Notes: generated by a model from the letters alone, not told the origin. Shown: positions 47,558-57,019, numbered from the stretch's first letter. The stretch is 64,000 nucleotides of DNA from an uncultured Acidobacteriota bacterium (GCA_963810005.1 CAWELY010000011.1:122458-186457), one strand, 5' to 3'. Translations and numbers: made by a program.

Positions 47558-48547
47558 ATGAAGACCTGCCCAACATGCCAAGGAAGTTATCCAAACAATT
47601 ACGCCGTTTGCCCGGCGGATGGCAGTCCGCTGGAAGAAGTCGGAACCTGGGCGGATGGAAGTATCATCCGCGGGAAATACCGCCTGCTGGCCAAAGTGGG
47701 GCAGGGTGGTATGGGTTCTGTATACAAGGCGCTGCACCTGGCATTTGATGAATTGCGGGCGCTGAAAGTGATTGCCCCGGAGCTCCTCACCGACGATCTT
47801 TTCGTCAAGCGATTCAAGCACGAAGCGGTCATTACCCGCCGGCTTCAGCACCCCAACGCCGTGCGCGTGGACGACATTGACGAGGCCGAAGATGGCCGCC
47901 CATTCATCGTCATGGAGTTCATCGAAGGGAAGAGCCTGAAGAAGCTCATCCGCGAGGAAGGCCCGCTGCCCGGTCCCGCGCGTGTGTCGATCATCAAGCA
48001 AAGCGCGGCGGCGCTGGATGCGGCGCACCGGCTGGGCATGGTTCATCGCGATATCAAGCCGGACAACATTGCGCTGGTGGATGCTCCCGATGGGGAGATG
48101 GTCAAGGTTCTCGATTTCGGCATTGCCAAAATGAAAGAGGCGCGCATGGGCGAGGCCGCCGGCCTGACTTTGACGGGCGCCGGCGTGGTGATCGGCACGC
48201 CGCAATACATGTCCCCCGAACAGGCCATGGGGAAGCGCGGAGATGAGCTTGATGGCCGCGCTGACCTTTACTCTCTGGGCGTCGTGATGTACCAGATGCT
48301 CACCGCGGACCTGCCCTTCAAGGCCGATACGACAATGGAAATGCTGTTGGCCCACATGCAGAAACCGCCTGCGCCCATCGCCGTGTTGCACCCGGAATTG
48401 CAAGTGCCGGAGCCTGTGGCCGCCCTCGCCATGCGCTTGCTGGAAAAGAACCGCGACAAGCGTCCGGCTTCCGCCCGCGCGCTGATCCAGGAGATCGAGA
48501 AGCTCGAGAAAGACCTGTCTGAGTCCCGGGCAAGACGCGGGTCTTGA
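47558..48547 (+). CDS. Ser/Thr protein kinase (Hanks type) with N-terminal CxxC..C zinc-ribbon-like motif
   Basis: MKTCPTCQGSYPNNYAVCPADGSPL, then GQGGMGSVYKA, ALKV, HRDIKPDNI, DFGIAKM and GTPQYMSPEQ. An alternative start lies at 47537. The ORF ends at 48547, but the sequence continues coding-like in other frames. Confidence 0.85.
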   Translation: MKTCPTCQGSYPNNYAVCPADGSPLEEVGTWADGSIIRGKYRLLAKVGQGGMGSVYKALHLAFDELRALKVIAPELLTDDLFVKRFKHEAVITRRLQHPNAVRVDDIDEAEDGRPFIVMEFIEGKSLKKLIREEGPLPGPARVSIIKQSAAALDAAHRLGMVHRDIKPDNIALVDAPDGEMVKVLDFGIAKMKEARMGEAAGLTLTGAGVVIGTPQYMSPEQAMGKRGDELDGRADLYSLGVVMYQMLTADLPFKADTTMEMLLAHMQKPPAPIAVLHPELQVPEPVAALAMRLLEKNRDKRPASARALIQEIEKLEKDLSESRARRGS

Positions 48548-49440
48548 CGGCGGATGATTTGATCTCGCGCCAGCGAAACCCGGGTTGCAGCCGGGGCCGA
48601 TCGTGGCGCGGCGGGAAGCGCCGTTCCTCCGCGGCCGCCGCCCCCGCCGGTTCGGCCGGTCGAGCCCCCAGGCCCGCGCAGCCGCCCGTGCGGCCCGGCC
48701 GCAGCCGGCGCAGGTTGTGGCGCCGCCGTCGCCATGCGTCCCAAGCCTCCCGAATCCCGCTGGGGAATGTGGGCGGCGCTGATCGTATTGCTGGTGGGTC
48801 ATCGGCGGTTGGAGGACTTGGATTGGATCGCGCCACGCTACCCGCCATCCGCTGCCCCAGCAGGACTCTGACTGCCACGCTCACCGCCGATCCGACTGCG
48901 GTCGAGAAAGGCCAGTCCGTACACCTTGCGCTGGTCTTCGCAGAACGCCACCGACTTGGACTTGGAGCCGGGGGTGGGTAAGGTCAGCCGGAAGGTCCCA
49001 CGCCGGTCACCCCGCAGGGGTCGATCACGTACACCCTGACCGCCTCGGTCCGGGCGGAACGCAGGCGGCCGCGGCCCACGTTAACGTAACAAATCCGCCT
49101 CCGACTCCCTCGATTTATAAACCCAGTTCCGATTTGGGCCAGAAAGGCCATGGGCAAACAACATCCCAAGCCGAAACCCCCGCCACCCACGCCCAAGCCG
49201 GAGCCCCCGCCCGCTCCTCCGGCAGTCGACCCAAGGGTCAAGGGGAAGATTACCTTGGGTGATTTCCACTATAAGCGCTGGCGAGTATGATGACGCCATC
49301 GCCGCTTACCAGGAAGGCTTGAAACTGGATCCTTCCAACGCCGAACTTCACTCAGAAACTCGATGCAAGCCATTAAAAGCCTGCGTCAGACAGAGAAACA
49401 AAAATCTGGGCGAAAGCTTCAAGTGTGGAGGGCCGCTAAT
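48548..49440 (+). pseudogene. probable frameshifted continuation of the kinase (TM segment, Ig-like domain, Pro-rich linker, TPR-like tail)
   Basis: Pieces in different frames: RWGMWAALIVLLV (TM), LTATLTADPTAVEKGQSV..DLDLEPGVGKVS, PKPKPPPPTPKPEPPPAPP, and GEYDDAIAAYQEGLKLDPSNAEL. Confidence 0.45.
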
Positions 49441-49540
49441 GGGCGCGACCTTGCCACGTGATGAATTCCTTCCCGTGGCCTTGACGAGGTTCGCCGATAG
49501 CGATATAAAAAGGGCGAGATCAATCCCAGGGGCCAAACGT

Positions 49541-50812
49541 ATGGGTCCGCATCCAGGGGGTAAGCGTATTCCGAGAATTCTCGCGCTGCTGCTGGTGTTG
49601 ATTGCGGCCATTGCTCTCATTCCCTCACTTGGAAACGCCCAAAAAGCCGCCAAGAAACTCACCAAGCAGGACATCATCGATCTTCTGACCGGCGACGTGT
49701 CCAGCGACGATGTGGCGCAGGAGGCGCGGAAATCGGGCATCTCCTTTCAAGTTACCGCCTCCGTGGCGAAGGAAATTCGCGACGCCGGTGGAACGGATGA
49801 CTTGATTCGCGTGCTGCGAACGCTGGCGCCCCCTGCTCCCGCGCGCCGCTCCGCGGGCACCCCCCACGCCAACGCCCGCTGCCTCTCCCCCCGTTCTGAT
49901 GATTGAGTCCAGTCCCGGCCAGAGCCAAGTGTACATTGATGATGAACCGGTGGGATCGACCAGCCAGCAGGGCCGCCTGAAGTTGACCCGGCTTGCCGCG
50001 GGAGATCACCGCGTGCGCATCTCGCTGAGCGGTTACCAGGATCACGAAGAGACCGTCACCCTCACCGCAGGAGAAGTCACCACCGTCGCCGCCACGCTCC
50101 AGCAGCCCGCCGCGCCGCTCGAACCCACCTCCCTGCGTCCCCAGGCGGAAGAGACGCCGACGGCGAACCCGGCCCGGCCAAGCCGGATATCTTGGCGTCC
50201 AGCCCATGCAACAACAGCCCGCGGGGGCGCGCGGGGTGGTGATCTCCGGCGCATTGCCCGGCGGCCCGGCTGACCAGGCGGGATTGAAAGCTTACGACAC
50301 CATCCTGGCCGTCAATGGGCAGCAGGTGACCACACCGCAGGAACTCCGGCGAGCCTTGGCGGCCATCAGGCCGGCGAAGTGGTGCAAGTCACTTGGTACA
50401 ACGGATCAAGCAACGTCACGCAGGCAAGTCCGGCTGGTGCCTGCCCCCGCGCCAGGCCAGGCCTCGGCGCAGCCCGTTCGCCTTCCACGCTATATGCCGC
50501 AAACGGCTCCATGTCATTTCGCGTGGCCCACGACCACGGACTGAGCGGCCAGGATTACTGCGTGGGGTTGATGTCCATCGGCAATGGAATGATCTATTAC
50601 AAGAGCTGACAATGGCATTCACAATTTTGAAATACCGTTACACTCGATCAAGGAGGCCCGCCGGAACGGGGTGTATCTTGTCGGGTACGGGGCGTTCCAT
50701 ATTCGCACGAAGGGCGGCATCGAATTACAACTTTGCGGCCCTCAACCAACAAGGCGAGCCCGAGCCCCCGGACGCGATTTTAACCGCCATCAATAGCGCC
50801 ATGGGAAGGTGA
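49541..50812 (+). pseudogene. secreted PEGA-domain plus PDZ-domain protein, multiply frameshifted
   Basis: Signal MGPHPGGKRIPRILALLLVLIAAIALIPSLGNA. The PEGA part is SSPGQSQVYIDDEPVGSTSQQGRLKLTRLAAGDHRVRISLSGYQDHEETVTL. The PDZ part is GARGVVISGALPGGPADQAGLKAYDTILAVNGQQVTTPQEL. The tail lies in further frames. Confidence 0.55.
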
Positions 50813-50907
50813 GCCGGGTTGGATCCAGCATCTTGCATTTTCGGTGCAAGAGCGCGGACGCCCGCTGGCTCTGCTCAGGCCAATTCTAAAATCCAAAATC
50901 AAAGGTC

Positions 50908-52028
50908 CTACGTCCAGCGGAACCAGCGCAATGCCAGCAGGTAGGAGAGAACTCCCCAGAGGCCCAGCACGAGCAGGCGTGCCGCATTGGTGGGCCAGCG
51001 GCGCGCCTTCCAGAATCGCGGCGCGCAGGGCGTCGTTCAGCGCGGTGAGCGGCAGCGCTTTGATCAGCGGGTGAAGGAGGGCGGGGAATCGCTCGTAAGA
51101 AAAGAAGACGCCGGACAGAATCCACATGGGCATCATGACGAGGTTGATCAGTCCGCTGACCGTCTCGATTTTTTGCGCGCGGCTGGCGGTGAGCAGCCCC
51201 ACGCCGCCGAAGCAAAGCGCTCCGAGCGCGCTGATGATCAGGATGGAAGTCCACGAGCCCGCGACGCGCATGTGGAACGCCAGCACGCCGAATCCGAGCA
51301 GCAGCGCCAGCTCAATCAGCATCAACACCAAGCGGCTGCTGGCCAGGGCCAGCAGAAAGTCACTGCGGCGCATGGGGCTGGCGACAAATCGCTTGAGCAG
51401 CTTGCGCTGGCGCAAGTCCACCAGGGCAAATCCAATTCCCCACATGCCGGAGTTCATCAGGTTCATGCCCAGCAGGCCGGGAATCAGGAAGTCGATGTAG
51501 CGCGCCCCGGGCTCGCTGGAGATGCGGCCGGTGGTGGGGACGCTGTTCTTTCTTCCCGCGGCCGCCTGGAGAGCGTCATCGGTGACGCTGCGGGCCAGCA
51601 CGCTTTCCGGGCGCGCCGGGTCATAGAGGTATTCAAACCCGCCGGCGTGCGGCGTCACCACCAGGTCGTATTTGCCCAGGCGAAACTGGTTGAGCGCTTC
51701 GGTGGCAGGGAGCAAATCCACATGCACCGTGCCTGCCGCCGACGCGCGTCGGAACAGTTCCATCGCCTGCGCTGCCTCCGGGCCCTGCCACCAGCGCCAC
51801 GCGGCTGACGTCGGCAGGCTTGTTGCGGAAGGCAATCCCCAGCCCCAGCGCCAGGAGAATGGGAAAGCCGAATACCCAGAAGATGACTTCCGGCTCGCGG
51901 TACATTTCCTTCAGGCGGGCCAGGAGCAGGAGCCCGTAGCTTTTCCAACGGCCGGTAATCGGGCGATCGGGTGACCGGTGATCGGGCGATCGGGACGGCA
52001 CGGTCATCGGGTGATCCGGTTCGAGCAT
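50908..52028 (-). pseudogene. ABC-2 type transporter permease (paralog of 42519-43919 core), two frameshifts
   Basis: N-terminal piece RWKSYGLLLLARLKEMYREPEVIFWVFGFPILLALGLGIAF (ORF 51633-52028). The body is in ORF 50780-51835. The restored C-terminus is NAARLLVLGLWGVLSYLLALRWFRWT*, with its stop at 50908-50910. The first ~20 codons are GATCGGG-word repeat. Confidence 0.7.
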
Positions 52029-52190
52029 TGCGAAGCTGCACGGTGATCTCGAGGGTCGTAGATCGTCAAATTTTGGATCCGAACTTTGGCGTTCCGATCT
52101 CTCGCATCATAATCGAATCCTCAGATCTCCGATTTCCAGATTCGACGATCGAATCCATCGCCAATCGCCGATCACCCGATCCGCAAATCC
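51952..52190. repeat. GATCGGG/CCCGATC word blocks between ABC ATPase and permease
   Basis: CGGTAATCGGGCGATCGGGTGACCGGTGATCGGGCGATCGGGAC..GGTCATCGGGTGATCCGG at 51952-52020, and ATCGCCAATCGCCGATCACCCGATCCGC at 52160-52187, plus intervening GATC-rich words. Confidence 0.55.
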
Positions 52191-52191
52191 C

Positions 52192-53133
52192 TCACTCCTC
52201 CCGCAGGTGCCGTCCCGTGAGGTGCACGAAGACGTCCTCCAGGCTGGCTTGGCGCGTGGTGAGGTGCAGCAAGTGCCCGTTGCGGCTTTGTATGGCCGCG
52301 AGCAGGGCGGGGATGGTTTCATGCGGTTCGCGCACGCTCAGCACCACGCGCCCGTCCTCCTCGTGTACGGCTTCGACGCCGGGCAGCGAGCGCCACGCCT
52401 CCAGCTCGCCGGGGACATTGCCCGTGGCGTCGAATTCCACCATGTGGTGCCCGCCCAAGCGCTCGATCAGCTCGGAGGGCGTTCCGGAGGCGATGGTGAG
52501 GCCGTGGTCGATAATGGCGATGCGATCGCAGAGGCGCTCGGCTTCGTCCATGTAGTGCGTGGTCAGCAGGACGGTGCCGCCGCGCTGCTGGAATTGCCGG
52601 ATAACTTCCCAAAGCTGGCGCCGGCTTTGCGGATCGAGGCCCGTGGTGGGTTCGTCGAGGAACAGGATTTTGGGATTGGCCACCAGCGCCGTGGCCACCG
52701 CCAGCCGCTGTTTTTGCCCGCCGGAAAGTTTGCCCACCCAGGCGTCGGATTTTTCCGTGAGCGCCATCTCCGCCATCACTTCCTCGATCGCGCGCGGGCG
52801 GCGATAAAAACTGGCGAACAACTCCAAGGTTTCGCGCACGGTGAGCTTTTCCGCCAGGCGCGTTTCCTGAAGCGAGATTCCCATCAGCTCGCGGAGTTCG
52901 CGATTGTGCGTCTGCCAGTTATTGCCCAGAATTTCGATTTCGCCGGAAGTGGGTTCCAGCAATCCTTCCAGGATTTCGATGGTGGTGGTCTTGCCCGCCC
53001 CATTGGGGCCCAGCAGGCCGAAGCACTCGCCGGCGTGGATCTCCAGATCGAGCCCGCGAACGGCCTCGACGTTGCCCTCGTAGGTTTTGCGCAGCGCCCG
53101 GCAGCGAACGGCGACGTCCATGGTCGGCATCAT
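52192..53133 (-). CDS. ABC transporter ATP-binding protein (ABC-2/DrrA type); in this sequence it is in frame with the upstream YjbQ-like domain
   Basis: Internal Met MMPTMDVAVRCRALRKTYEG.. with Walker A GPNGAGKTT, LSGGQKQR, FLDEP and TTHY. No stop codon separates it from 53199-53616. Confidence 0.9.
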   Translation of the reverse strand: MMPTMDVAVRCRALRKTYEGNVEAVRGLDLEIHAGECFGLLGPNGAGKTTTIEILEGLLEPTSGEIEILGNNWQTHNRELRELMGISLQETRLAEKLTVRETLELFASFYRRPRAIEEVMAEMALTEKSDAWVGKLSGGQKQRLAVATALVANPKILFLDEPTTGLDPQSRRQLWEVIRQFQQRGGTVLLTTHYMDEAERLCDRIAIIDHGLTIASGTPSELIERLGGHHMVEFDATGNVPGELEAWRSLPGVEAVHEEDGRVVLSVREPHETIPALLAAIQSRNGHLLHLTTRQASLEDVFVHLTGRHLREE

Positions 53134-53198
53134 AGCGGATTGCGGCGCGGGTGTGAACTCACTTGCGCGCGCGGCGAGCCGATCCACCAGGCCGATGC

Positions 53199-53616
53199 CT
53201 AGCTCGCCTACCACAGTAACCACCACCGTGCGCTGGCGTCCGCGCACATCGCATTCGAGGTGGAAGATTTGCTGCCATGTTCCGAGCAGCAGTTTGCCCT
53301 CGGCAATGGGCACCGTCAGCGAGGGGCCCAGCAGGGTGGCCTGCAAATGCGAATGGCCGTTGCCGTCGTGCCACGCCTGCTCGTGGCCGTAGTTGCGGCT
53401 GGGGGGGATGAGCTTGTTGAGGATGGCCGGCAGGTCCTGCTGTAGCCCGGGCTCAAACTCGATGGTGCCGATTGCCGCCGTGCTGCCGACATTGAAAACG
53501 TTGACGGTCCCGGTTTTGATGCTCGACGCGGCGACGGCGGCGGCAACCTGAGAAGTGATGTCGTGCATGTCGCCTTGCCCCGCGGTGCGAAGCGAAAACT
53601 GTTGTTGGTGAACCAT
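53199..53616 (-). CDS. YjbQ/UPF0047-family domain (secondary thiamine-phosphate synthase family), N-terminal part of the 474-aa ORF 52192-53616
   Basis: MVHQQQFSLRTAGQGDMHDITSQV..TGTVNVFNVGSTAAIGTIEFEPGLQQDL..HDGNGHSHLQATLLGPSLTVPI..GTWQQIFHLECD..RTVVVTV is full-length YjbQ-like (~139 aa). Confidence 0.75.
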
Positions 53617-53714
53617 GTCTCTATATTCCCACGATGCTCGAAATCGTGGAACATATTTTTCTCAGCGCAGAATTATCCCGCGCCCCGCGGGATCCTTTTC
53701 ACAGGTTCTTACGA

Positions 53715-54110
53715 TCAGGGGTTCACCGTCAGCGTCGGCTGGCGCAGACTCCTGCTCTTTCGGAGTCTGCGATCCCGAAGGGACTTCTCATAAGTTGAAC
53801 TCAACCCATCCGATCCATGCGGAGAATTGACGCATCCTGCCAATAGTAGAACCTCCAGCTTGACCACGGCCCGTCCCCGGGGGAACTCACCAGCCCGCGC
53901 GTCACCGGGTTGTTGTGCAGAACCCAGCCGACGAGCAGAAAGCCATTCCTGCCGCACCTCGTTCAGTTCGTAGCCCGAAGCTGTAGGTCCGGCTCTTTGG
54001 ACAAAGCCGCGCCGAAAGCGATCGGAGAGGAAAAGGGGCGTGCGGCGATAGGTGCTGGTGGTGATGAATTGGAGTTCGCCGGGACTGTAAACGCGGTGGT
54101 AGAAGGGCAT
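53715..54110 (-). pseudogene. internally deleted REP-associated tyrosine transposase (RAYT) copy
   Basis: The first ~33 residues (MPFYHRVYSPGELQFITTSTYRRTPLFLSDRFRR) match the intact copy at 54792 exactly. The 3' end nucleotides match the RAYT C-terminus (..WQDASILRMDRM). The middle, including the HUH motif, is missing. Confidence 0.75.
53743..53771. repeat. REP hairpin H1 (CGCAGACTCC-loop-GGAGTCTGCG)
   Basis: 10-bp perfect stem within the conserved context GGCTGGCGCAGAC...GTCTGCGATCCCGAAGGGAC. Confidence 0.7.
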
Positions 54111-54168
54111 GGCGCAGGAGAGTATACTCTCGACGGTGCGGGGCCGGAAGAGAACGTCCCTTCGGGAT

Positions 54169-54196
54169 CGCAGACACCAAACGACGGGTGTCTGCG
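54169..54196. repeat. REP hairpin H2 (inverted orientation)
   Basis: GTCCCTTCGGGATCGCAGACACC..GGTGTCTGCGCCAGCC, the reverse complement of the H1/H3 context. Confidence 0.7.
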
Positions 54197-54226
54197 CCAG
54201 CCGGCGAATTCATGAGAGGAAGCCGA

Positions 54227-54568
54227 ATGACGCCTCTGCGTCTTTTCATTTTGTATAACACCGGGATCTTTGCCTACATGGCTTGGCGACTCAATGAAGG
54301 CATGCCAGAGGGAAGAGCCATCAAGATGGGCCTTTTGTTAGCCATCCTGGCCAACCTCGGGGTTGTTGTCCAGTGGTTTCACACAAGGGACAGGGCAAAG
54401 GGTGTAACGCCGGGACGGTCTTCGTCACGCCCGTGGGGGCACGGCTTGCGTTTTGCCTTGATGGTCTTGATCGTCTGGCGGTTGTCTGGCGCCGCCGACC
54501 TCGCCTTCTTTGTGATATATGGATTCGTCATTACAGTAACCTTCTGGCTCTGGGACAGGTTGGCATGA
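54227..54568 (+). CDS. small multi-TM hypothetical membrane protein between the two RAYT copies
   Basis: MTPLRLFILYNTGIFAYMAW..MGLLLAILANLGVVVQWF..LRFALMVLIVWRLSGAADLAFFVIYGFVITVTFWLW has about 4 hydrophobic segments. The track ORF starts at 54188. No family recognised. Confidence 0.4.
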   Translation: MTPLRLFILYNTGIFAYMAWRLNEGMPEGRAIKMGLLLAILANLGVVVQWFHTRDRAKGVTPGRSSSRPWGHGLRFALMVLIVWRLSGAADLAFFVIYGFVITVTFWLWDRLA

Positions 54569-54705
54569 CCCCGCTCGATGAATCCGAGCAGTAATCGCCG
54601 CAGAGCGAGTGGGAGGCCCCAGTAATCTGCAGGGAGGCATGATGGAACCATGCGGGGAACGGGGAAGCGGCTACGCTCAAAGAACTTGGGCAAAAGGCCG
54701 GCTGG

Positions 54706-54733
54706 CGCAGACACCCGCCTTTTGGTGTCTGCG
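54706..54733. repeat. REP hairpin H3
   Basis: GGCTGGCGCAGACACCCGCCTTTTGGTGTCTGCGATCCCGAAGGGAC, in the same orientation as H1. Confidence 0.7.
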
Positions 54734-54791
54734 ATCCCGAAGGGACGTTCTCTTCCGGCCCCGCGCCGTCGAGAGTATACTCTCCTGCGCC

Positions 54792-55343
54792 ATGCCCTTC
54801 TACCACCGCGTTTACAGTCCCGGTGAACTCCAATTCATCACCACCAGCACCTATCGCCGCACGCCACTTTTCCTCTCGGATCGCTTTCGGCGCTGCTTTG
54901 TCCAGAGGCTGGACGAGGTGCGGCAGGAATGGCATTTCCTGCTCGTCGGCTGGGTTCTGATGCCCGAGCATTTTCATATGCTGATCAGGCCCGAGCCCGC
55001 CGAAACCACTCCCCTGATTATGAAGGGGCTCAAGGAGGAATCGGCCAAGCGCATCATCAGAACGCTTCGGGAAAACCTTCAGTATCCTTGGTGCCGGAAG
55101 ACGCTCGCCAGGCTGCGGCTGCCCTCCACGGTTCACGATGAATCCCACTACCGTCTCTGGCAGCGCCGCTTTTACCCCTTCAATGTCTTCTCCGAAAACA
55201 AATTCCAGCAGAAATTGGACTACATGCACAACAACCCGGTGACGCGCGGCCTGGTGAGTTCCCCCGGCGACTGGCCGTGGTCAAGCTGGAGGTTCTACTA
55301 TTGGCAGGATGCGTCAATTCTCCGCATGGATCGGATGCGTTGA
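54792..55343 (+). CDS. REP-associated tyrosine transposase (RAYT, IS200/IS605-like Y1 HUH transposase)
   Basis: 183-aa intact ORF. The HUH motif is in LMPEHFHMLIRP and the catalytic Tyr region is KLDYMHNNPVTRGLV. REP hairpins flank it in inverted orientation. Confidence 0.85.
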   Translation: MPFYHRVYSPGELQFITTSTYRRTPLFLSDRFRRCFVQRLDEVRQEWHFLLVGWVLMPEHFHMLIRPEPAETTPLIMKGLKEESAKRIIRTLRENLQYPWCRKTLARLRLPSTVHDESHYRLWQRRFYPFNVFSENKFQQKLDYMHNNPVTRGLVSSPGDWPWSSWRFYYWQDASILRMDRMR

Positions 55344-55372
55344 GTTCAACTTACGAGAAGTCCCTTCGGGAT

Positions 55373-55400
55373 CGCAGACTCCCAAAGGCAGGAGTCTGCG
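55373..55400. repeat. REP hairpin H4 (inverted orientation)
   Basis: GTCCCTTCGGGATCGCAGACTCCCAAAGGCAGGAGTCTGCGCCAGCC. Confidence 0.7.
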
Positions 55401-55487
55401 CCAGCCGGCCCGCTCGGCGAGTCCCTCATCTGGGGGCGTCATCCAATACCTAACTGCCTTGGGGGCAGCAAATTGGATGTTCGATGA

Positions 55488-55622
55488 GCGGGTAGCGCAG
55501 AGTTGGGCGTAGTTTGCCCTACTCTGCGGTTCGTAAATTGGTAATAGCATTTCTGAGGATGTTGTGAAAAGATGAAAGCCGCAGAGTAGTTCCAAAAGGC
55601 GGAACAACTCTGCGCTACCCGC
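55488..55622. repeat. 135-nt nested inverted repeat (candidate structured RNA or MITE) directly upstream of the WD40-like gene
   Basis: The outer arms are GCGGGTAGCGCAGAGTTG (55488-55505) and CAACTCTGCGCTACCCGC (55605-55622), which are perfect complements. The inner arms are CTACTCTGCGG (55520-55530) and CCGCAGAGTAG (55579-55589). Confidence 0.6.
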
Positions 55623-55627
55623 TAAGG

Positions 55628-56980
55628 ATGTTGACTTTAATGAGCACAGATTCCGCGCCAATACGAATCTCCACAGCAATATGCATGGTCTTGCTCGCGA
55701 TGATCTGCATTTGCTGGTCGGCATCAAGATCGAAGCACCGAGTCCAAGCTCTAAACACCATCCCTCTTCAGCGAGCCCCGAATTTTTCGTCTGATCTCAT
55801 GGACATCAGTAAGCAGGGAACTCTGTTAATCTACCCATGGGGACCGCCGCCGCCGGCCGAGGGTCAGAAAATGGTTTGGGAGCCAAGGCTGCTGCTTTGG
55901 GACTATCAACGGCAGCAGGCAGCCTTGGAGTTCCCAAGTAGGGATGATTTTGTAAACTGGATAAATAAGGCGCCAGGGCTGTCACGGGAGGAATGGCAAT
56001 TCAGGTTCCAAGGGGATGGAAACCGAATTGTGGGCGATCAGACTCCCTGGCTTGTACTGGTCGACCTCAAAACACGAGCCGAAATTGGGCGCGTTCTCCC
56101 GTCAGAATCATACCCGTGGAAAGACTCGCCCATACTGCCTGAAGCAGCGCCGGGCATTAGTATCTGTCATCTCGATATCAATCCGCAAAACGGGTTTGTG
56201 GCAGCCGTGTACAATGTTGGAAAGGGTACCCATCTTTATGTGTATGACAGCGACCTGAAAAGACAGATTGCGAGTTGGGACTTGCCGCGAATGGTAAGGG
56301 ACCTCTGTTGGTCCCCGGATGGAAAGAAGCTCGCAGTCCTCTTCCATGGCAGGTTTGACGAAAACAGGAAACAGGTCAGCATCTACTTCACGACCTCGTC
56401 CCAGGAGCCAGATGTGTGGGTCATGGATCCGCATTCGAGAGAGCCGCTGGTTAAGTTTCGGACGGGGTCCTGTCAAGACCAAATCGCGTTTAGCAAGGAT
56501 GGTAGCCTCATCTACGTGATCAATGATTACCTGTATCAGACTAGCGGGCTCATTTACGAGATCAATGATTACCTGCATCGTTCTCGTGGTCACAACGGTG
56601 CGATTAGGGTTTTCTCCGCTATTTCCGGTGCGCTCGTACAGACGATTACTGCGGGACCGAAAGGAGTCCACTCTGGCTTCAGGCTCTCTCCTGACGGGAG
56701 TCTCATCGCAGCCGATGCCAGCACCTACGTTCCGCTGATTCTGGGATGGAGGGAAATGGAGCAACCCTCTGGGAAAATAGCAAGGGTGGTTCTACTCGAT
56801 GCCAAAACAGGAGATTTGCTGTTCGAGCATCACGAAAGGAGCGAGGGGGACTTATGGGATCCGCTGGGATTGGCTTTTTCCCCAGACGGTCGGCTTCTCT
56901 TTGTAAACTTTCCTGGCGGCGAAAAATATCCTTATCAACGCATTGAAGTCTACTCGATTGATGATGTTAGCGGTCACTGA
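55628..56980 (+). CDS. membrane-anchored beta-propeller (WD40/TolB-like) hypothetical protein
   Basis: 450-aa intact ORF in a lower-GC stretch. N-terminal TM ISTAICMVLLAMICICW. Repeated motifs are of the type CWSPDGKKLAV, AFSKDGSLIYV, RLSPDGSLIAA and AFSPDGRLLFV. An alternative start at 55640 has better SD spacing. Confidence 0.6.
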   Translation: MLTLMSTDSAPIRISTAICMVLLAMICICWSASRSKHRVQALNTIPLQRAPNFSSDLMDISKQGTLLIYPWGPPPPAEGQKMVWEPRLLLWDYQRQQAALEFPSRDDFVNWINKAPGLSREEWQFRFQGDGNRIVGDQTPWLVLVDLKTRAEIGRVLPSESYPWKDSPILPEAAPGISICHLDINPQNGFVAAVYNVGKGTHLYVYDSDLKRQIASWDLPRMVRDLCWSPDGKKLAVLFHGRFDENRKQVSIYFTTSSQEPDVWVMDPHSREPLVKFRTGSCQDQIAFSKDGSLIYVINDYLYQTSGLIYEINDYLHRSRGHNGAIRVFSAISGALVQTITAGPKGVHSGFRLSPDGSLIAADASTYVPLILGWREMEQPSGKIARVVLLDAKTGDLLFEHHERSEGDLWDPLGLAFSPDGRLLFVNFPGGEKYPYQRIEVYSIDDVSGH

Positions 56981-57019
56981 CAGCAGTTCGCCTCAGCGCC
57001 GGCGCGGAGATTTCCTTCG

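Noticed and set aside
47465-48802. 445-aa minus-strand ORF
   Set aside because: It lies antisense to the Ser/Thr kinase gene, which has all the Hanks motifs. The ORF is a shadow frame.
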